This document shows positions 61,160-64,000 of a DNA stretch of 64,000 nucleotides, piece by piece. Position numbers and translations under genes: made by a program. The stretch's first letter is position 1; each line of letters opens with the position of its first letter. Origin of the DNA: Dehalococcoidia bacterium. GTDB lineage: Bacteria > Chloroflexota > Dehalococcoidia > UBA2979. The stretch spans positions 1 to 64,000 of the forward strand of contig OZ219874.1 in the NCBI GenBank assembly GCA_964291495.2, read 5' to 3'. The notes under the pieces were generated by a model. It was not told where the DNA came from. It made no database searches and saw only the letters and a list, made by a program, of their open reading frames with translations.

Positions 61160-61478
61160 GCGGCGAGTCGTGGTATCGGCACGGCAAACTGCACCGCGAG
61201 GACGGCCCAGCGCTGATCTTCGCGAACGGCGGCGAGTCGTGGTACCGCCACGGCGAGTACCACCGCGAGGACGGGCCGGCGTTGACCCACCGTCTCCTCC
61301 ACCAGCACGTACCGTACCCAGAACTCGGCCGACGGCCTCTCGCTCGTTGCTGTGTGCGCGTGATCAGGCCCGCATGGGATGCGCTTCGGCGGCCAGGACG
61401 GCGACGCGACCCTGCGCGGTCCGGGTGCTCCCGCCGTAGAATGATTGGACGAGGGGGCGCGCCCGCGAAGGAGGACGG

Positions 61479-61769
61479 ATGACGAACACAGAGGCTCCCA
61501 CCCGCGAGCGCAGGCCCAGGGAGGAAACCACTCGCCTCGGCCGGGAGATTTACGAACAGGAGATCAAGGCACAGGTGGAGCCGGGCCACCACGGCGAGTA
61601 CGTCGCCGTCGACGTCGAGAGCGGGGGATGGGCGATGGCCGCCGATGCTCTATCCGCGGCGAATCGCCTGCGGGAGCAGCACCCCGAGGCGCTCGACGTC
61701 TTCCTCCTTCGGGTCGGGCATCGAGCGTTGCATCACTTCGGGGGCCGACCCTGGCGGATGGCCGAGTGA
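61479..61769 (+). CDS. Small protein (DUF5678-like) paired with an aspartic protease
   Basis: G.EIYE..I...GEYVAVDVESG.W. AAGGAGG RBS; GTGA overlap with the next gene. Confidence 0.7.
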   Translation: MTNTEAPTRERRPREETTRLGREIYEQEIKAQVEPGHHGEYVAVDVESGGWAMAADALSAANRLREQHPEALDVFLLRVGHRALHHFGGRPWRMAE

Positions 61770-62149
61770 TCGAGGGCGTGGTTAACGCTGCGTACGAGGC
61801 CATCATCCCCCTTTCCCTGCAAGGTCCGTTGGCAGAGGCGAGTGAAGTCGAGGCGGTGGTAGACACCGGATTCACCGGATTCCTGACCTTGCCGCCTTCG
61901 CTCGTGGCGGAGTTGGGACTGATTCTCCAGGGCACCAGCGAGGGGACGCTGGCCGACGGCAGCGAAGTCTCCTTCGATGCGTACGAAGCCACGGTGCTCT
62001 GGGACGGCGAGCCGAGGGTCGTACTCATCGACGAGGCAGACACGACTCCCCTCGTGGGCATGCTGCTGCTCAACACGTACAACCTGAACATTGGAGTTGA
62101 GAACGGCGGCCGCGTCCTCATATGGCGCCTCCCAGTGCCTACAGCCTGA
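61766..62149 (+). CDS. Clan AA aspartic protease (AF_0612-like)
   Basis: AVVDTGFTGFLTLP, LADG and PLVGM.LL. Confidence 0.88.
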   Translation: MIEGVVNAAYEAIIPLSLQGPLAEASEVEAVVDTGFTGFLTLPPSLVAELGLILQGTSEGTLADGSEVSFDAYEATVLWDGEPRVVLIDEADTTPLVGMLLLNTYNLNIGVENGGRVLIWRLPVPTA

Positions 62150-62563
62150 CCACACACCTGAAAGTGCGAGGCATGGGGGCGTTCACGGCGTCGAGCGCGG
62201 CCCGGGAGTTCGTCGCCGCCAGCTAGGCTGCACTCGTCCGTACCCACAGATTCCTCGTGACGGTCCGGTGGCGATACGTCGCTTTGACCATCTCCGAGTT
62301 GCGGAGATAGGCTCGACTCACTGAGCCCCCGGCGGATGCGTGTCAACCGCCGGAACTCACCCGGGAGGGGTCGCTGAGCGACCCCTCCTTGATCTCTCGC
62401 ACAGTCCCGGCGCGCCCGACACCGATTGCAACCTGCTTGCAGGTAGCCTCTGGCTATCGACGACCGCGGCGGACTGCAGCCGCCCCGGACCACCCCGCGC
62501 GCTGCCCGGCACCGGCCTGCAGAGCCAACATCCAGGTGCCTGGGAAGGAACCTTGCTAGAGCC

Positions 62564-64000
62564 TCACTCGAACCTCGCGAACGGGTCGGCGGTCGTCGCG
62601 GCCTCCGCGGGGCGCGTCGCCCAGGCGGGGTAGGGGAACTGGAGCAGCAGCGGCACCGGGATCTCCGGCTGCTGGAGGATCATCGTGCCCGGCTTGAGCA
62701 GCGAGGCGCGGGCACGCGCGGCCGGCGTCAGGAAGCCGTACTCGCCGCGCTGCGCCTCGGCGGCGTCGAGGCGGCCGACCACGCGCAGCGCGCAGTTGGC
62801 GACCACGCGCGGCTCCACCTCGCTCGCCGTCTGCTGCGCGCCGATCAGCACGACGCCGAGCGAGCGGCCGCGCTCCGCGATGTCGAGCAGCACGTCCTTG
62901 ATCGGGCTCTGGCCTTCGCGCGGCGCGTACTTGTTCAGCTCGTCCAGCACCACGAGCATCAGCGGCCGCGGCGAGCCGCTCGCCTCCTTGCGTTCGAACT
63001 CGCGCTTCAGCACCACGCCGACGACGAAGCGCTGCGCGCGGTCGTGCAGGCGGTGGATGTCGACGACGGTGACCTGCGCCCCGCCCGTCTCGATGCGGTG
63101 CCGCTCCGAGTCCTCCGAGGCGAGGCCCCGGACCAGCTGCCCGACGTGCGGCCTCGCCGCCTCCAGCCGCCGCATGAAGGCGGAGACCGTGCCGGGAGCG
63201 GCGCGTCCGCCCCAGGCGCCCTCGTCCGGGTCGGTCATGCGCCCGATCGCGTCGACCAGCTCGTCAAAGTCGGTGACCAGCTCGCCGCCGATCTCGACCG
63301 TGGGCGCATCGACGGGCAGCGAGAGCCGGGCGGCCATTGCCAGCTCCGACTCGACGCGCTGCACGACGAAGCCGAGCTGCGAGCGCTCGTCGTCGGCGTC
63401 GGCGAAGAGGAAGCGCAGGTAGCGCTCGGCGCAGAACTCGCGCAGCGTCCAGTAGAAGCCGGTGACGCCGTCCATCCTCGAGCCGGTCAGCGGGATCGGC
63501 TGGTCGCCGCGCGCCGCGGGCGCAAAGAGCCGCAGCGAGGGGAACGGCGCCGCCTCGAGGTCGAGGTCCGTGTAGCGGACTCGTTCGGCCTCGGGCAGTC
63601 CGGCGTTGGGCTTGTCGAGGAAGAGCAGGTCCTCGCCTTTGACGTTGAAGACGAGCGCGCGCGTGTTCGCGGTCTCGTGGCCGAGCACGCCGCTGCCGAA
63701 CAGCGAATAGAGCAGGAACATCGCGTACGAGGTCTTCGTCGCGACGCCGGAGACGCCGGAGATGTTGACGTGCGCGCCGCGCTGGCCGTCGAGGAAGTCG
63801 AGGTTCGCGAAGATCGGCTCGCCCGAGCGCGAGAGGCCGACCGGGAGGCGGCGCTCCATCGCGTCGAAGAAGAGCGCGCGGTCGCGGGCGGCGGCGTGGG
63901 CGCGACGCACTGCCTCGCCGGGTCGCGGCGGCACGAAGATCTCCGGCTCGACACGCGTGACGGAGACGTGCGCGCTGACCGCGGACTCCGCGGGCAGCAC
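62564..64000 (-). CDS. HerA/FtsK-like ATPase (partial; 5' end outside window)
   Basis: HVNISGVSGVATKT Walker A variant, VVLDELNKYAP and ERGRSLGVVLIGAQQ. Confidence 0.85.
   Translation of the reverse strand: MLPAESAVSAHVSVTRVEPEIFVPPRPGEAVRRAHAAARDRALFFDAMERRLPVGLSRSGEPIFANLDFLDGQRGAHVNISGVSGVATKTSYAMFLLYSLFGSGVLGHETANTRALVFNVKGEDLLFLDKPNAGLPEAERVRYTDLDLEAAPFPSLRLFAPAARGDQPIPLTGSRMDGVTGFYWTLREFCAERYLRFLFADADDERSQLGFVVQRVESELAMAARLSLPVDAPTVEIGGELVTDFDELVDAIGRMTDPDEGAWGGRAAPGTVSAFMRRLEAARPHVGQLVRGLASEDSERHRIETGGAQVTVVDIHRLHDRAQRFVVGVVLKREFERKEASGSPRPLMLVVLDELNKYAPREGQSPIKDVLLDIAERGRSLGVVLIGAQQTASEVEPRVVANCALRVVGRLDAAEAQRGEYGFLTPAARARASLLKPGTMILQQPEIPVPLLLQFPYPAWATRPAEAATTADPFARFE

Larger units (their letters stand above)
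17054..62500. mobile_element. ssrA-integrated genomic island (defence + surface-protein cargo); right boundary approximate
   Basis: The integrase abuts the ssrA 3' end. R-M, TA, IS and pseudogene content continues until the core-like HerA gene. No attR repeat was found. Confidence 0.7.

Noticed and set aside
61288-61304. CCGTCTCCTCCACCA as attR of the ssrA island
   Set aside because: Only an interrupted ~8-bp match to the tmRNA 3' end, which is expected by chance.

Overview
High-GC bacterial DNA, most likely Chloroflexota (Dehalococcoidia-like): the tmRNA tag reads (A)GERELALAA, and the plant-type LRR lipoproteins are typical of sponge symbionts (inference). Bases 1-17,053 are core genome: alpha-E and circularly permuted ATP-grasp genes, an F420-type LLM oxidoreductase, thiolase with DUF35, QueD, a 2-oxoacid:ferredoxin oxidoreductase pair, acyl-CoA dehydrogenase, a phosphotriesterase-like protein, Lrp, Bcp, two tandem S41 proteases, smpB and ssrA. 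A ~45 kb accessory island starts at the 3' end of ssrA, with a large serine recombinase whose reading frame runs antisense through the tmRNA. Its left half is a defence cluster: (i) a Type I R-M operon with a DUF2806-like gene, a TIR effector and a VapBC-like pair nested between the hsd genes, and an HsdS with twin TRDs; (ii) a Ubl/E2/JAB-E1 ubiquitin-like operon with a divergent HTH + ImmA/IrrE pair; (iii) an uncharacterised three-gene GHKL-ATPase operon, truncated at its 5' end. Its right half is a decaying mosaic of LRR lipoproteins, 5'-less adhesin fragments, an IS21 with fused istAB, an IS256 relic, a 754-bp direct repeat, a half tRNA-Glu att-like remnant, and a ~4.4 kb tandem unit in which different toxin-antitoxin modules lie between the same two hairpin repeats. 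A HerA-like ATPase runs off the right edge. All product calls come from motif recognition by eye, not from database searches.
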